Source of the DNA: Mobula hypostoma
Taxonomy: Eukaryota
Direction: 5' to 3'
Assembly: GCF_963921235.1 (NCBI RefSeq)
Contig: NC_086108.1
Coordinates: forward strand, 3,534,001 to 3,598,000
Length of the DNA stretch: 64,000 nucleotides
Translations under genes and position numbers: made by a program
Notes under the pieces: model-generated
Told to the model about the DNA's origin: nothing
Database searches by the model: none
What the model saw: only the letters and a program-made list of their open reading frames with translations
In this document: piece after piece, positions 51,290-64,000 of the stretch
Position numbering within the stretch: the stretch's first letter is position 1
How the letters are laid out: each line of letters begins with the position of its first letter

Positions 51290-53543
51290 AGTTAATTCAG
51301 AAACAAAGGTTCTGAACTTAAAGAGGGGTAACTTTGAAGGTATGAGACATGAATTAGCTAAGATAGACTGGCAAATGACACTTCAAGGATTGACGGTGGA
51401 TATGCAATGGCAGGCATTTAAAGGTTGCATGGACGAACTACAACAATTGTTCATCCCAGTTTGGCAAAAGAATAAATCAAGGAAGGTAGTGCACCCGTGG
51501 CTGACAAGAGAAATTAGGGATAGTATCAATTCCAAAGAAGTAGCATACAAATTAGCCAGAGAAAGTGGCTCACCTGAGGACTGGGAGAAATTCAGAGTTC
51601 AGCAGAGGAGGACAAACGGCTTAATTAGGAAGGGGAAAAAAGATTATGAGAGAAAACTGGCAGAGAACATAAAAACGGACTGTAAAAGCTTTTATAGATA
51701 TGTAAAAAGGAAAAGACTGATAAAGACAAATGTAGGTCCCCTGCAAACAGAAACAGGTGAATTGATTATGGGGAGCAAGGACATGGCAGACCAATTGAAT
51801 AATTACTTTGGTTCTGTCTTCACTAAGGAGGACATAAATAATCTTCCAGAAATAGTAAGGGACAGAGGGTCCAGTGAGATGGAGGAACTGAGCGAAATAC
51901 ATGTTAGTAGGGAAGTGGTGTTAGGTAAATTGAAGGGATTGAAGGCAGATAAATCCCCAGGGCCAGATGGTCTGCATCCCAGAGTGCTTAAGGAAGTGGC
52001 CCAAGAAATAGTGGATGCATTAGTGATAATTTTTCAAAACTCGTTAGATTCTGGACTAGTTCCTGAGGATTGGAGGGTGGCTAATGTAACCCCACTTTTT
52101 AAAAAAGGAGGGAGAGAGAAACCGGGGAATTATAGGCCGGTTAGCCTAACGTCGGTGGTGGGGAAACTGCTGGAGTCAGTTATCAAGGATGTGATAACAG
52201 CACATTTGGAAAGCGGTGAAATGATCGGACAAAGTCAGCATGGATTTGTGAAAGGAAAATCATGTCTGACGAATCTCATAGAATTTTTTGAGGATGTAAC
52301 TAGTAGAGTGGATAGGGGAGAACCAGTGGATGTGGTATATTTGGATTTTCAAAAGGCTTTTGACAAGGTCCCACACAGGAGATTAGTGTGCAAACTTAAA
52401 GCACATGGTATTGGGGGTAAGGTATTGGTGTGGGTGGAGAATTGGTTAGCAGACAGGAAGCAAAGAGTGGGAATAAACGGGACCTTTTCAGAATGGCAGG
52501 CGGTGACTAGTGGGGTACCGCAAGGCTCAGTGCTGGGACCCCAGTTGTTTACAATATATATTAATGACTTGGATGAGGGAATTAAATGCAGCATCTCCAA
52601 GTTTGCGGATGACACGAAGCTGGGTGGCAGTGTTAGCAGTGAGGAGGATGCTAAGAGGATGCAGGGTGACTTGGATAGGTTGGGTGAGTGGGCAAACTCA
52701 TGGCAGATGCAATTTAATGTGGATAAATGTGAAGTTATCCACTTTGGTGGCAAAAATAGGAAAACAGATTATTATCTGAATGGTGGCCGATTAGGAAAAG
52801 GGGAGGTGCAACGAGACCTGGGTGTCATTATACACCAGTCATTGAAAGTGGGCATGCAGGTACAGCAGGCGGTGAAAAAGGCGAACGGTATGCTGGCATT
52901 TATAGCGAGAGGATTCGAGTACAGGAGCAGGGAGGTACTACTGCAGTTGTACAAGGCCTTGGTGAGACCACACCTGGAGTATTGTGTGCAGTTTTGGTCC
53001 CCTAATCTGAGGAAAGACATCCTTGCCATAGAGGGAGTACAAAGAAGGTTCACCAGATTGATTCCTGGGATGGCAGGTCTTTCATATGAAGAAAGACTGG
53101 ATGAACTGGGCTTGTACTCGTTGGAATTTAGAAGATTGAGGGGGGATCTGATTGAAACGTATAAGATCCTAAAGGGATTGGACAGGCTAGATGCGGGAAG
53201 ATTGTTCCCGATGTTGGGGAGGTCTAGAACGAGGGGTCACAGTTTGAGGATAGAGGGGAAGCCTTTTAGGACCGACGTTAGGAAAAACTTCTTCACACAG
53301 AGAGTGGTGAATCTGTGGAATTCTCTGCCACAGCAAACTGTTGAGGCCAGTTCATTAGCTATGTTTAAAAGGAAGTTAGATATGGCCCTTGTGGCTACAG
53401 GGGTCACGGGGTATGGAGGGAAGGCTGGGTTTTGAGTTGGATGATCAGCCATGATCATAATAAATGGCGGTGCAGGCTCGAAGGGCCGAATGGCCTACTC
53501 CTGCACCTATTTTCTATGTTTCTATGTTTCTATGTTTCTATGT
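51290..53543 (+). mobile_element. Young CR1 LINE, 5'-truncated, with an uninterrupted RT frame
   Basis: ORF 51198-53435 (first ~29 codons are host read-through) with YRPVSLTS, YLDFQKAFD, GVPQGSVLGP and FADDTK; (TTTCTATG)x4 tail. Confidence 0.95.
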
Positions 53544-54165
53544 CTTTTTTTGCCTTCCTGATTTCTTTCTTTAGTATTTTCTTACATTTTCTACACTCTT
53601 CAAGTACCTCATTTGTTCGTTGTTGCATATACTTGCTATTCACCTCTCTCTTTTTCTTAACCAGATCACCAATATCCCTTGAAAACCAAGGTTCCCTATG
53701 CCTGTTAACTTTGCCTTTAATCCTGGCAGGAACATGCAAACTCTGCGCTCTCAAAATTTCACCTTTGAAGGCCTTGCACTTACTGAACACATCCTTGCCA
53801 GAAAACAACTCATCCCAATCCACTCTTCCTAGATCCTTTCTCATTTACACAAAATTGGTCCTTCTCCAATTCGGAACCCCAACTCGAGGACCAGACCTAT
53901 CCTTATCCATAATTAACTTGAAACTAATGACATTACGGTCACTGGACCCAAAATGTTCGCCTACACATACTTCTGTCACCTGACCGTCTGGTTCCCTAGT
54001 AGGAGATCAAGTATTGCATCCCCTCTTGTTGGTACCTCTATATATTGATACACATTTGACAAACTCCAAGCCACCTAGCCCTTTCACAGTGTGGGAGTCC
54101 CAGTCAATATGTGGAAAGCTAAAATCCCCTACTATTAAAACTTTCTGTTTCTTACATTGGTCTGC

Positions 54166-55654
54166 TATAGAAACATAGAAAATAGGTGCAGGAGTAGGCC
54201 ATTCGGCCCTTCGAGCTGCACTGCCATTTATTATGATCATGGCTGATCATCCAACTCAGAACCCCGCCCCAGCCTTCCCTCCATACCCCCTGATCCCCGT
54301 AGCCACAAGGGCCATATCTAACTCGCTCTTAAGTATGGCCAATGAACTGGCCTCAACTGTTTCCTGTGGCAGAGAATTCCACAGATTCACCACTCTCTGT
54401 GTGAAGAAGTTTTTCCTCATCTCGGTCCTGAAAGGCTTCCCCTTTATCCTCAAACTGTGACCCCTCGTTCTGGACTTCCCCAACATCGGGAACAATCTTC
54501 CTGCATCTAGCCTGTCCAATCCCTTTAGGATTTTATACGTTTCAATCAGATCCCCCCTCAATCTTCTAAATTCCAACAAGTACAAGCCCAGTTCATCCAG
54601 TCTTTCTTCATATGAAAGTCCTGCCATCCCAGGAATCAATCTGGTGAACCTTCTTTGTACTCCCTCTATGGCAAGGATGTCTTTCCTCAGATTAGGGGAC
54701 CAAACCTGCACACAATACTCCAGGTGTAGTCTCACCAAGGCCTTGTACAACTGCAGTCGTACCTCCCTGCTCCTGTACTCGAATCCTCTTGCTATAAATG
54801 CCAGCATACCATTTGCTTTTTTCACCGCCTGCTGTACCTGCATGCCCACTTTCAATGACTGGTGTATAATGACACCCAGGTCTCGTTGCACCTCCCCTTT
54901 TCCTAATCGGCCACCATTCAGATAATAATCTGTTTTCCTATTTTTGCCACCAAAGTGGATAACTTCACATTTATCCACATTAAATTGCATCTGCCATGAA
55001 TTTGCCCACTCACCTAACCTATCCAAGTCACCCTGCATCCTCTTAGCATCCTCCTCACAGCTAACACTGCCGCCCAACTTCGTTTCATCCGCAAACTTGG
55101 AGATGCTGCATTTAATTCCCTCATCCAAGTCATTAATATATATTGTAAACAACTGGGGTCCCAGCACTGAGCCTCGCGGTACCCCACTAGTCACTGCCTG
55201 CCATTCTGAAAAGGTCCCATTTATTCCCACTCTTTGCTTCCTGTCTGCTAACCAATTCTCTATCCACATTAATACCTTACCCCCAATACCGTGTGCTTTA
55301 AGTTTGCACACTAATCTCCTGTGTGGGACCTTGTCAAAAGCCTTTTGAAAATCCAAATATACCACATCCACTGGTTCTCCCCTATCCACTCTACTAGTTA
55401 CATCCTCAAAAAATTCTATGAGATTCGTCAGACATGATTTTCCTTTCACAAATCCATGCTGACTTTGTCCAATCATTTCACCGCTTTCCAAATGTGCTGT
55501 TATCACATCTTTGATAACTTACTCCAGCAGTTTCCCCACCACCAACGTTAGGCTAACCGGTCTATAGTTCCCCGGTTTCTCTCTCCCTCCTTTTTTAAAA
55601 AGTGGGGTTACATTAGCCACTCTCCAATCCTCAGGAACTAGTCCAGAATCTAAC
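54166..55654 (-). mobile_element. Young CR1 LINE, sister subfamily, 5'-truncated
   Basis: ORF 54256-55506 nearly identical to the 51290 copy, but with FADET instead of FADDT and an upstream stop near 55520. Confidence 0.93.
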
Positions 55655-55821
55655 TACAGATTTGCTCCTCCAATTCTCTCTGACTATTGGGTGGTCTACA
55701 ATACAACCCTATTAGTATGGTCACTGTCACAGCTTTCCCGTTCCTCAGCTCCACCCATATGGCCTCTGTAGACAAGCCCTCCGGGCTGTCCTGCCTACGC
55801 ACGGCTGTGATATTTTCCCTG

Positions 55822-56785
55822 TGTGACAGAGTCCTGAATTACCCCTATGAACTGTGCTTTTGAAAAAAGAGAGAGAGAGATATTTAACACCGACATGTTG
55901 TTTTGAAAAGAGAGAGAGAGATGAAGACTAATTTTGGACTGTCACTTTAAGGCACGAGAAAGAACTGGATAACTTTTGGATTTCTGCTGAGTTGGAGAGA
56001 GAGACAGCACCGAGCAGCTCGTAAGTTGCTATGGTGACCGAGAGAGGCATTACATGATGGACAATCGATGTTATGATTTTTCAGCAGCGTGTTTATACTT
56101 CTCAAGGACATTTGCCTGCTTGTACATTTCTTACACAGAGAAGGGAAGGAGGAGTTATTTGACTGACAGTTGGTACCCAGTACGGTGAGATAAATAGGGG
56201 GTCAGATGATATAGACCGCAGGCACATGTTTTGGACTCTGAATGAGCTTTGTTGCGCCCATAGGAAAAAGTGAGCTTTTGGAGGAACGATCAGGCGGGTC
56301 GATCAGTCGCTCTTGCAGTGAGAAAAGGGGTTGACTGGTGGGGAGTTATCCATGTGTCTACCCTTGCCTGGGTTGATAGCTCCACCACAGAAAACCGGTC
56401 CCCTTTGTTGTGGTCACAGTCGATGACTTTTAAAGGATTTCGGAGGACAATGGGAAGATCAACAGCATCAGCTCACCTGACGACTCAAATCTCTCCCTCT
56501 CTCTCTCTCCATCACTACTTGACTCAATACCATGAACTGAACTGAACTGAACTTTACTCATCATCGTAAGACTGTAACTTTTTACCCCTAGACTTGAAGA
56601 AGCTTGATTTTCACATATTTCCACACTTACTTATATATAATCATTGCTAACCTGTTTGATTTATCTACATTTATATTACTGTATTGCATAGTTACTAATA
56701 AATATTATTAGTTAATAGCAATACTGGACCCCAAAGTGTTTTCCATCTCTGTTGGTTTTTTATTCCTGTCATGGGGTACGTGACA
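55822..56785 (+). mobile_element. Probable solo LTR (Gypsy-like)
   Basis: TGTGAC...TGACA termini, flanks CCTG/TCTG (imperfect TSD), AATAAA at 56697. It terminates the host CR1. Confidence 0.65.
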
Positions 56786-57296
56786 TCTGATTTCTTTTTT
56801 TTTTTGTTTCCTTTTTTGTATTTGCAAAGTTTGTTGACTTTTGACTTTTTCATTGATTCTATCATGGTTATTGATTTGTTGAGGCTGCATGCAAGAAAAT
56901 GAATCTCAGGGTTGTATATGGTGACATATTCAACTTCTGCCTTAAATATACCCTCGGACTTGGCCTCCACCACAGTCTGTGGCAGAGCAGTCCACAGATT
57001 CACTACTCTGGCTAAAAAAATTCCTGCTTACTTCTGTTCTAAAAGGCCGTGGCTCAATTTTGAGGCTCTAGCATGACCTCTAGTTCTGGATACCCCCACC
57101 ATAGGAAACAGCCTCTCCCACATCTATTCTATCTATTTCTTTCAGCATTTGGTAGGTCTCAATGAGACCCCCACGCATTCTTCTAAATTTCAATGAGTAT
57201 AGGCTAAAAGCCGTCAAACGCTCCTCATATGTTAACCCCATCAATCCTGGAATCCTCCTTGTGAACCTCCTCTGGGCTCTCTCCAATGACAACATC

Positions 57297-58512
57297 ATTG
57301 GATGTAACTAAACACATTGATGAAGGAAGAGCAGTAGATGTAGTGTATACGGATTTCAGCAAGGCATTTGACAAGGTACCCCATGCAAGGCTTATTGAGA
57401 AAGTAAGGAGGCATGGGATCCAAGGGGACATTGCTTTGTGGATCCAGAACTGGCTTGCCCACAGAAGACAAAGAGTGGTTGTAAACGGATCATATTCTGC
57501 ATGGAAGTTGGTGACCAGTGGAGTGCCTCAGGGATCTGTTCTGGGACCCCTACTCTTTGTGATTTTTATAAATGACCTGGATGAAGAAGTGGAGGGGTGG
57601 GTTAGTAAATTTGCTGTTGGGTGTGTTGTGGATAGTGTGGAGGGCTGTCAGAGGTTACAGAGGGATATTGACAGGATGCAAAACAGGGCTGAGAAGTGGC
57701 AGATGAAGTTCAACCCAGATAAGTGTGAAGTGGTTCATTTTGGTAGGTCCAATATGATGACAGAACATAGTATTAACGTTAAGACTCTTGGCAGTGTGGA
57801 GGATCAGAGGGATGTTGGGGTACAAGTCCACAGGACACTCAAAGCTACTGAGCAGGTTGACTCTGTGGTTAAGAAAGCATGCTATGCATTGGCCTTCATC
57901 AGTTGTGGGATTAAGTTTAGGAGCCGAGAGGTAATGTTGCAACTATGTAGGACACTGGTCAGACCCCACTTGTAGTACTGTACTCAGTTCTGGTCACCTC
58001 ACTATAGGAAGGATGTGGAAACCATAGAAAGGGAACAGAGGAGATTTGCAAGGATGTTGCCAGGATTGGGGAGAATGCCTTACGAGAATAGGTTGAGTGA
58101 ACTTGGCCTTTTCTCCTTGCAGCGACAGAAGCTGAGAGGTGACCTGGTACAGGTATATAAGATGATGAGAGTCATTGATTGTGTGGGTAGTCAGACGCTT
58201 TTTCCAGGGCTGAAATGGCTAGCATGAGAGGACACAGTTTTAAGGTGCTTGGAAGCAGGTACAGAGGAGATGTCAGGGGTAAGTTTTTTACGCAGAGAGT
58301 AGTGAGTGCATGGAATGGGCTGCCAGCAATGGTGGTGGAGGCAGATACGATAGGGTCTTTTAAGGGACTCCTGAACAGGTACATGGAGCTCAGAAAAATA
58401 GAGGGCTATGGGTAACCCTAGGTAACTTCTAAGGTAGGCTCATGTTTGGCACAGCTTTGTAGGCCGAAGGGCCTGTATTGTGCTGTAGGTTTTCTATGCT
58501 TTCTATGTTTTC
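57297..58512 (+). mobile_element. CR1 LINE, 5'-truncated
   Basis: ORF 57286-57975 (YTDFSKAFD, GVPQGSVLGP; the FADD region is deleted), TTTCTATG tail, CATC duplication. Confidence 0.88.
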
Positions 58513-59922
58513 CATCCTTTCAGAGATATGGCGCCCAAAACTGTTGACAATACTCCAAGTGTGGCCTCACTAGCATTATCTCCTTGTTTTTATATTCTAT
58601 TCCCCTTGAAATAAATGCCAACATTGCATTTGCCTTCTTTACCACAGACTCAACCTGTAAATTAACCTTCTGGGCGTCTTGCACAAGAACTCCCAAGTCC
58701 CTCTGCGCCTCTGATATTTGAACTTTCTCCCCATTGAGATAATAATCCATACTGTTCCTTTTACCAAAATGCATTATCATGCATTTCATAACTCTGTATT
58801 CCATCTGCCACTTTTTTGCCCATTCTTTCAGTTTGTCCAAGTCCTGCTGCACTTGCGTCACTCCCTCAGCACTACCTACCCCTCCACCCCTCTTCATATC
58901 ATCCGCAAACTTTGCCACAAAGCCATCAATTCCATTATCCAAATCGTTGACAAACAATATGAAAAGTAGCGGCCCCAGTACTGACTCCTGAGGAACACCA
59001 CTGGTCAGTAGCAGCCAAGCAGTAAAGGCCCCTTTTATTCCCACTCACTGTCTCCTCCCTGTCAGCCATTCCTCTGTCCATGCCGGTATCTTTCCTGTAA
59101 AGCCATCAGGTTTTATCTTGCTAAGGAGCCTCATGTGTGGCATCTTATCAAGCACCTTCTGAAAATCCAAGTAAATGACATCTGCTGCCTCTCCTTTATC
59201 CACTCTGCTTGTTACTTCCTCGAAGAACACCAACAGGTTGGTCAGGCAAGATTTCTCTTTACAGGAACCACGCAGACTTTGACTTATTTTATCCAAGTAC
59301 CCTGAAAAGACATCCTTAATAATAGACTCCAACACTGAGGTTAGGCTAACTGGCCTATAATTTCCTTTCTTTTGCCTTTCTCCATTCTTAAAAAGTGGAG
59401 TGATATTTGCAATCTTCCAGTCCTCCAGGACCATGCTAGAATCAAGTTCTTCTTAAAAGATCATCGCCAATGCATCTTCAGCAATCTCTCTCAGGATTCT
59501 GGAACGTAGTCCATGTGGTTTAGGTGACTTATCCATCTTAAGACCTTTCAGTCTGCCTCTCACTTTTTCCTTTGTAATAGCAATGGCTTTCATTTCTGCT
59601 CCCTGACACTCCCGGACCTCTGGCACACTGCTGGTGTCTTCCACAGTGAAGACAGATGCAAAGTACCCATTAAGTTCATCTACCATTTCTTTGTTCCCCC
59701 ATTACTAGCTCACCAGCATCATTTTCCGCTGGTCCAATATTCACTTTTACTCTTTATATAGCTGAAAAAATCTTATGGTATCCTGCTTTATGTTATTGAC
59801 CAGTTTGCCCTCATATTTCATCTTTTCCTTTCTTACAGCATTTTAGTTGCCTCTTGTTAGATTTTAAAAGCTTCCCAATCATCCAACTTCCCACTCAATT
59901 TTGCTACCTTTTATGCCCTTTC

Positions 59923-61083
59923 AATAGACAATAGACAATAGACACTAGGTGCAGGAGTAGGCCATTTGGCCCTTCGAGCCAGCACTGCCATTCACTGTGA
60001 TCATGGCTGATCATCCACAATCAGTATCCAGTTCCTGCCTTATCCCCATAACCTTTGATTCCACTATCTTTAAGAGCTCTATCCATCTCTTTCTTGAAAG
60101 CATCCAGAGACTTGGCCTCCACAGCCTTCTGGGGCAGAACATTCCATATATCCACCACTCTCTGGGTGAAAAAGTTTTTCCTCAACTCCGTTCTAAATGG
60201 CCTACCCCTTATTCTTAAACTGTGGCCTCTGGTTCTGGACTCACCCATCAGCAGGAACATCCTGCCTCCAGCGTGTCCAATCCCTTAATAATCTTATATG
60301 TTTCAATAAGATCCCCTCTCATCCTTCTAAATTCCAGAGTATACAAGCCCAGTCACTCCAATCTTTTGACATATGACAGTCCCACCATCCCGGGAATTAA
60401 CCTTGTGAACCTACACTGTACTCTCCCAATAGCAAGGATGTCCTTCCTCAAATTTGGAGACCAAATCTGCACACAGTACTCCAGGTGTGGTCTCACCAGG
60501 GCCCTGTACAGCTGCAGAAGGACCTCTTTGCTCTTATACTCAATTCCCCTTGTTATGAAGGCCAGCATGCCATTAGCTTTCTTCACTGCCTGCTGTACTT
60601 GCATGCTTGCTTTCAGTGACTGATGTAGAAGAACACCTAGATCTCGTTGTGCTTCCCCTTTTCCTAACTTGACTCCATTTAGATAATAATCTGCCTTCTC
60701 GTTCTTACCACCAAAGTGGATAACCTCACATTTATCCACATTAAACTGCATCTGCCATGCATCTGCCCACTCACCCAGCCTGTCCAAGTCACCCTGCATT
60801 CTCATAACATCCTCCTCACATTTCACACTCCCACCCAGCTTTGTGTCATCGGCAAATTTGCTAATGTTACTTTTAATTCCCTCATTGAAATCATTAATAT
60901 ATATTGTAAACAGCTGTGGTCCCAACACTGAACCCTACGGTACCCCACTGGTCACCGCCTGCCATTCCGAAAGGGACCCGTTAATCGCTACTCTTTGTTT
61001 TCTGTCAGCCAACCAATTTTCAGTCCATGTCAGTACTCTGCCCCCAATGCCATGTGCCCTAATTTAGCCCACTAATCTCCTAT
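59923..61083 (-). mobile_element. CR1 LINE, 5'-truncated
   Basis: ORF 60353-60928 (FADDTK) and (TCTATTG)n tail. Confidence 0.88.
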
Positions 61084-61774
61084 TTCCTTTGCTTTTATGT
61101 AGTCCTTCACTTCTTTTGTCAGCCACAGTTGCCTACCCCTGCCATTTGAGAACATCTTCCTCTGTGAGACATATCTATCCTACACCTTGTAGACTATTCC
61201 CAGAAATGTTTACCATCTCTGCTCAGCCTTCATCCCCACCAGTATCCTCACCAGTATCCTCCTCCAATCCACCTGGGCAAGCTCCTCTCTCATGCCTCTG
61301 TAATTCCCTCTGTTCTATTGTGATACTCATACACGTGACTTATGCTTCTCCCTCCCAAACTGCAGTACGAATTCAATCATATTATGATCACTGCCTCCTA
61401 AGGGTTCCTTTATATTAAGCTCCCTAATAAGATCGGGTTATTATACAACACTCAATATAGTGGATAGATACTATCATATAATTATAGGGGATACGCCCCC
61501 CCCACCCACCATTGAGCACATCTACATGGAGTGTTGCCACAAGAAATCCACCATCTGGGCCATGCTCTCTTCTCGCTAATGCCATCGGGCAGGAGGTACA
61601 GAAGCTTAGGTCCCACACCACCAGGTTCAGGAAGTTATTACCCTTCAACCATCAGGCTCCTGAACCAGAGGGGACAACTTCACTCACCTAAACTCTGAGC
61701 TGATTCCACAACCTACAGACTCACTTTAAAGGCTCTACAGCTCATGTTCTCAATATTATTTAGTACTTTTTTAA

Positions 61775-62460
61775 CATAGAACAGTACAACACAGGAACAG
61801 GGCCACTCGGCTGAACCAGCTAAAAAGCAGATCAAATACCCCCAAACACCAATCCCTCCCTCCCTACACCATGTCCACATCCCTCCATCTTCCTCACATC
61901 CATGTGCCTCTCCAAATGTCTCTTAAAAGCCTCTAATGTATTTGTCTCTACCACCAGACCAGGCAGCACGTTCCAGACATCCACCACTCTCTGAGTAAAA
62001 CACTTCGCCCTCACATCCCCCTTGAACCTACCCCTCTCACCTTCAATGCATGCCCTCTGGTATTAGACATTTCTACCCTGGGAAACAGATACTCTCTGTC
62101 CACTCAATCTGCTCTCATAATCTTATAAACCTCTGTCAGATCTCCCCTCAGCCTCCAGCACTCCAGAGAAAACAACCCAAGTTTATCCAGCCTCTCTGAA
62201 CCAGACAGCATCCTGGTAAACCTCTTCTGCACCCTCCCCAAAGCTTCAACATCCTTCAATAGTGGGGAGACTTGGTAAATGCTGAAGCAAAGTAGTCGAT
62301 AAGTACCTCAGCCACATTCTCTGCTCCCCCATTATCCTTGAGTGATCCCACCCTCTCCCTAGTTAGCATCTTGCTCTTGATATATGTATAGAACGCCTTG
62401 GGATTCACCTTAATCCCACGTGCCAAGGACTTTTCACGGCCCATCCTGGCTTTCCTAATT
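61775..62460 (-). mobile_element. CR1 fragments
   Basis: FTQRVVDVWNVLP; IKVNPKAFYTYIKSK. Confidence 0.72.
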
Positions 62461-63064
62461 CTATTTTTTGTTATTATTATTATTATTTGTTCTTGTATTT
62501 ACGCAAATTGTCTTCTTTAGCACATTGGTTGTTAGTCAGTCTTTGTGTGTAGTTTTTCATTGCTTCTATATATTTCTTTTTTCTACTGTGAATGCCCGCA
62601 AGAAAATGAATCTCAGGGCAGTATATTATGACATACGTTGATAGATTTACTATGAACTTTGTTACAAAGAAGCAAGGTGACAGCAGAGATTCAATCCCTT
62701 TCCCTCGTGAGCAGGGGGTGAGGGTAGGATTGGGGTTGTGGACAGGGAATGAGCTGGAGTTGTCTGTGTAGCTGCGGGATAAATCCCCAGCAATTTGCAC
62801 CATGTGTGCGGCCAGGAGTGGTGGGTTGTCACTAATCCGACCTCAACACCGGTCTGGGACAGCGCACGGGACCTATGCGCTGATTCTCCCGGCTGGTGCT
62901 CTCACTCTCATTTCCAAGTGGCTTTTGGGACGTGGGGAGAAACTGGAGCACCTGGGGGAACCCACACGGTCACGGGGAGAATGCACGAACTTGAAAACCC
63001 AAGCCATGAGTTGTAGGGCCCTTGGAAGCGAGTCTGTAGGTTGTGGAATCAGTTCAGAGTTGTG

Positions 63065-63279
63065 GTGAGTGAAGTTCAGGAGCCTGATGGTCGAGGGGTA
63101 ATAACTGTTCCTGAACCTGGTGATGTGGGACCTGAGGCTCATTGTGGTGAGTGAAGTTATCCACGCTGGTTCAGGAGCCTGATGGTTGTGGGGTAATAAC
63201 TGTTCCTGAACCTGGTGGTGTGGGACCTGAGGCTCATTGTGGTGAGTGAAGTTATCCACACTGGTTCAGGAGCCTGATG
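63065..63279 (-). repeat. 95-bp tandem array 6 (about 2.3 units, truncated)
   Basis: Same ggctcATTGTGgtgag junction at about 63141 and 63236. Confidence 0.9.
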
Positions 63280-64000
63280 CTTAAATTGATTGGACTTCCC
63301 TTGCTCTTGATGATGGGCTGGCTGCCTTGACTGTGCCTCCTCTTTGCTCAGTTCTGCTGCATTGAATTGCCTCCAAGTCCAAAGGGAAGTTATAGGCTAT
63401 CAAGACTATATCCAGTGCTGGTTGTAAATTATACTTACTCATGTTTGAATTTATGCAATATCTTAAAAATTTCTTCCCACTGGCAGTTAATTTGATCAAC
63501 CATTCTAGTTAGCGAGCTCCTCAACCCCCTCTAACACTGCACCTCTCTGTAAATTCTTTAAACCACTTTTTATCGTGCTGTTTACATCATAAATACATGC
63601 AAATTTATTCCATTTCTGCACTTCTAACTTAATTTTTATACAATTTTTTATTCTGTATAATTGTTGAATGTTGTTGTATTTTGTTGGTTGTTGCTCCCTG
63701 AACAACACACCACAGCAAATTCCTAAAATGTATATGGCCGATAAAGTTGATCCTTGGTGGCCATCTTAAATAGGATGGAAAGTTGCACATCAAATTGCAC
63801 GCGAGAGGCAAGGGATGGGTCGGTTCAGCTCGCTGCTCCACAAAGTATCCTCATCTCTGTGCTGAACTGAGGCTACGGCCTGAAATTAACAGGCTATTGG
63901 ATCTACTGCAGTGATGACCGGCTTTGCAGCTCTGCACATACATTCATGAACTTCACTTGTTTGCACAAATTGTTTTTCTTCTGCACTTTGGGTGTTTGAC

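Larger units (their letters stand above)
49210..55821 (-). mobile_element. Long older CR1 LINE (endonuclease end to 3' tail) fragmented by three insertions
   Basis: Collinear minus-strand ORF2 pieces: 54007-54160 (LIVGDFSFPHIDW), 53530-53844, 50637-51101, 49783-50502 (FADDTK) and 49185-49592; TTCTATGG tail. Confidence 0.85.
56930..61460 (-). mobile_element. Older CR1 LINE split by two further CR1 insertions
   Basis: Collinear minus-strand pieces at 56930-57296, 58514-59922 and 61084-61460. Confidence 0.8.

Noticed and set aside
51198..53435. 745-aa ORF as an autonomous element or host gene
   Set aside because: The start lies in the antisense host CR1, and the element lacks its 5' end and endonuclease domain.
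62483..62900. 106-aa minus-strand ORF
   Set aside because: Its C-terminal half is LINE 3' UTR, there is an in-frame stop just upstream, and no homology is recognised.

Overview
Repeat-dominated vertebrate DNA, probably a cartilaginous fish such as a ray. This is inferred from the HE1/V-SINE-like SINEs and the mix of CR1, Rex1-like and Penelope-like families. The only host gene I can support is the last coding exon and 3' UTR of an intron-containing histone H3.3 gene (434-562). The rest is nested mobile DNA: CR1 LINEs (four copies of one very young family), Rex1/Babar-like and RTE LINE pieces, V-SINEs and CORE-SINEs, solo LTRs, a decayed Passport-like Tc1, Tigger-like, Tc1 and hAT-like non-autonomous elements, and a long (CA)n tract. 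Two patterns stand out. (1) A 95-bp unit cut from the 3' end of a Rex1-like LINE forms tandem arrays at six loci in both orientations. All share the same novel junction, yet sit inside differently diverged parent copies, which suggests a satellite spreading into its parent family by homology. (2) Short Penelope-like insertions with 10-15 bp TSDs carry a minimal type I hammerhead ribozyme. Several are fold-back hairpins, and in one the arms stop exactly at the predicted cleavage site. All calls were made by eye, without database searches.
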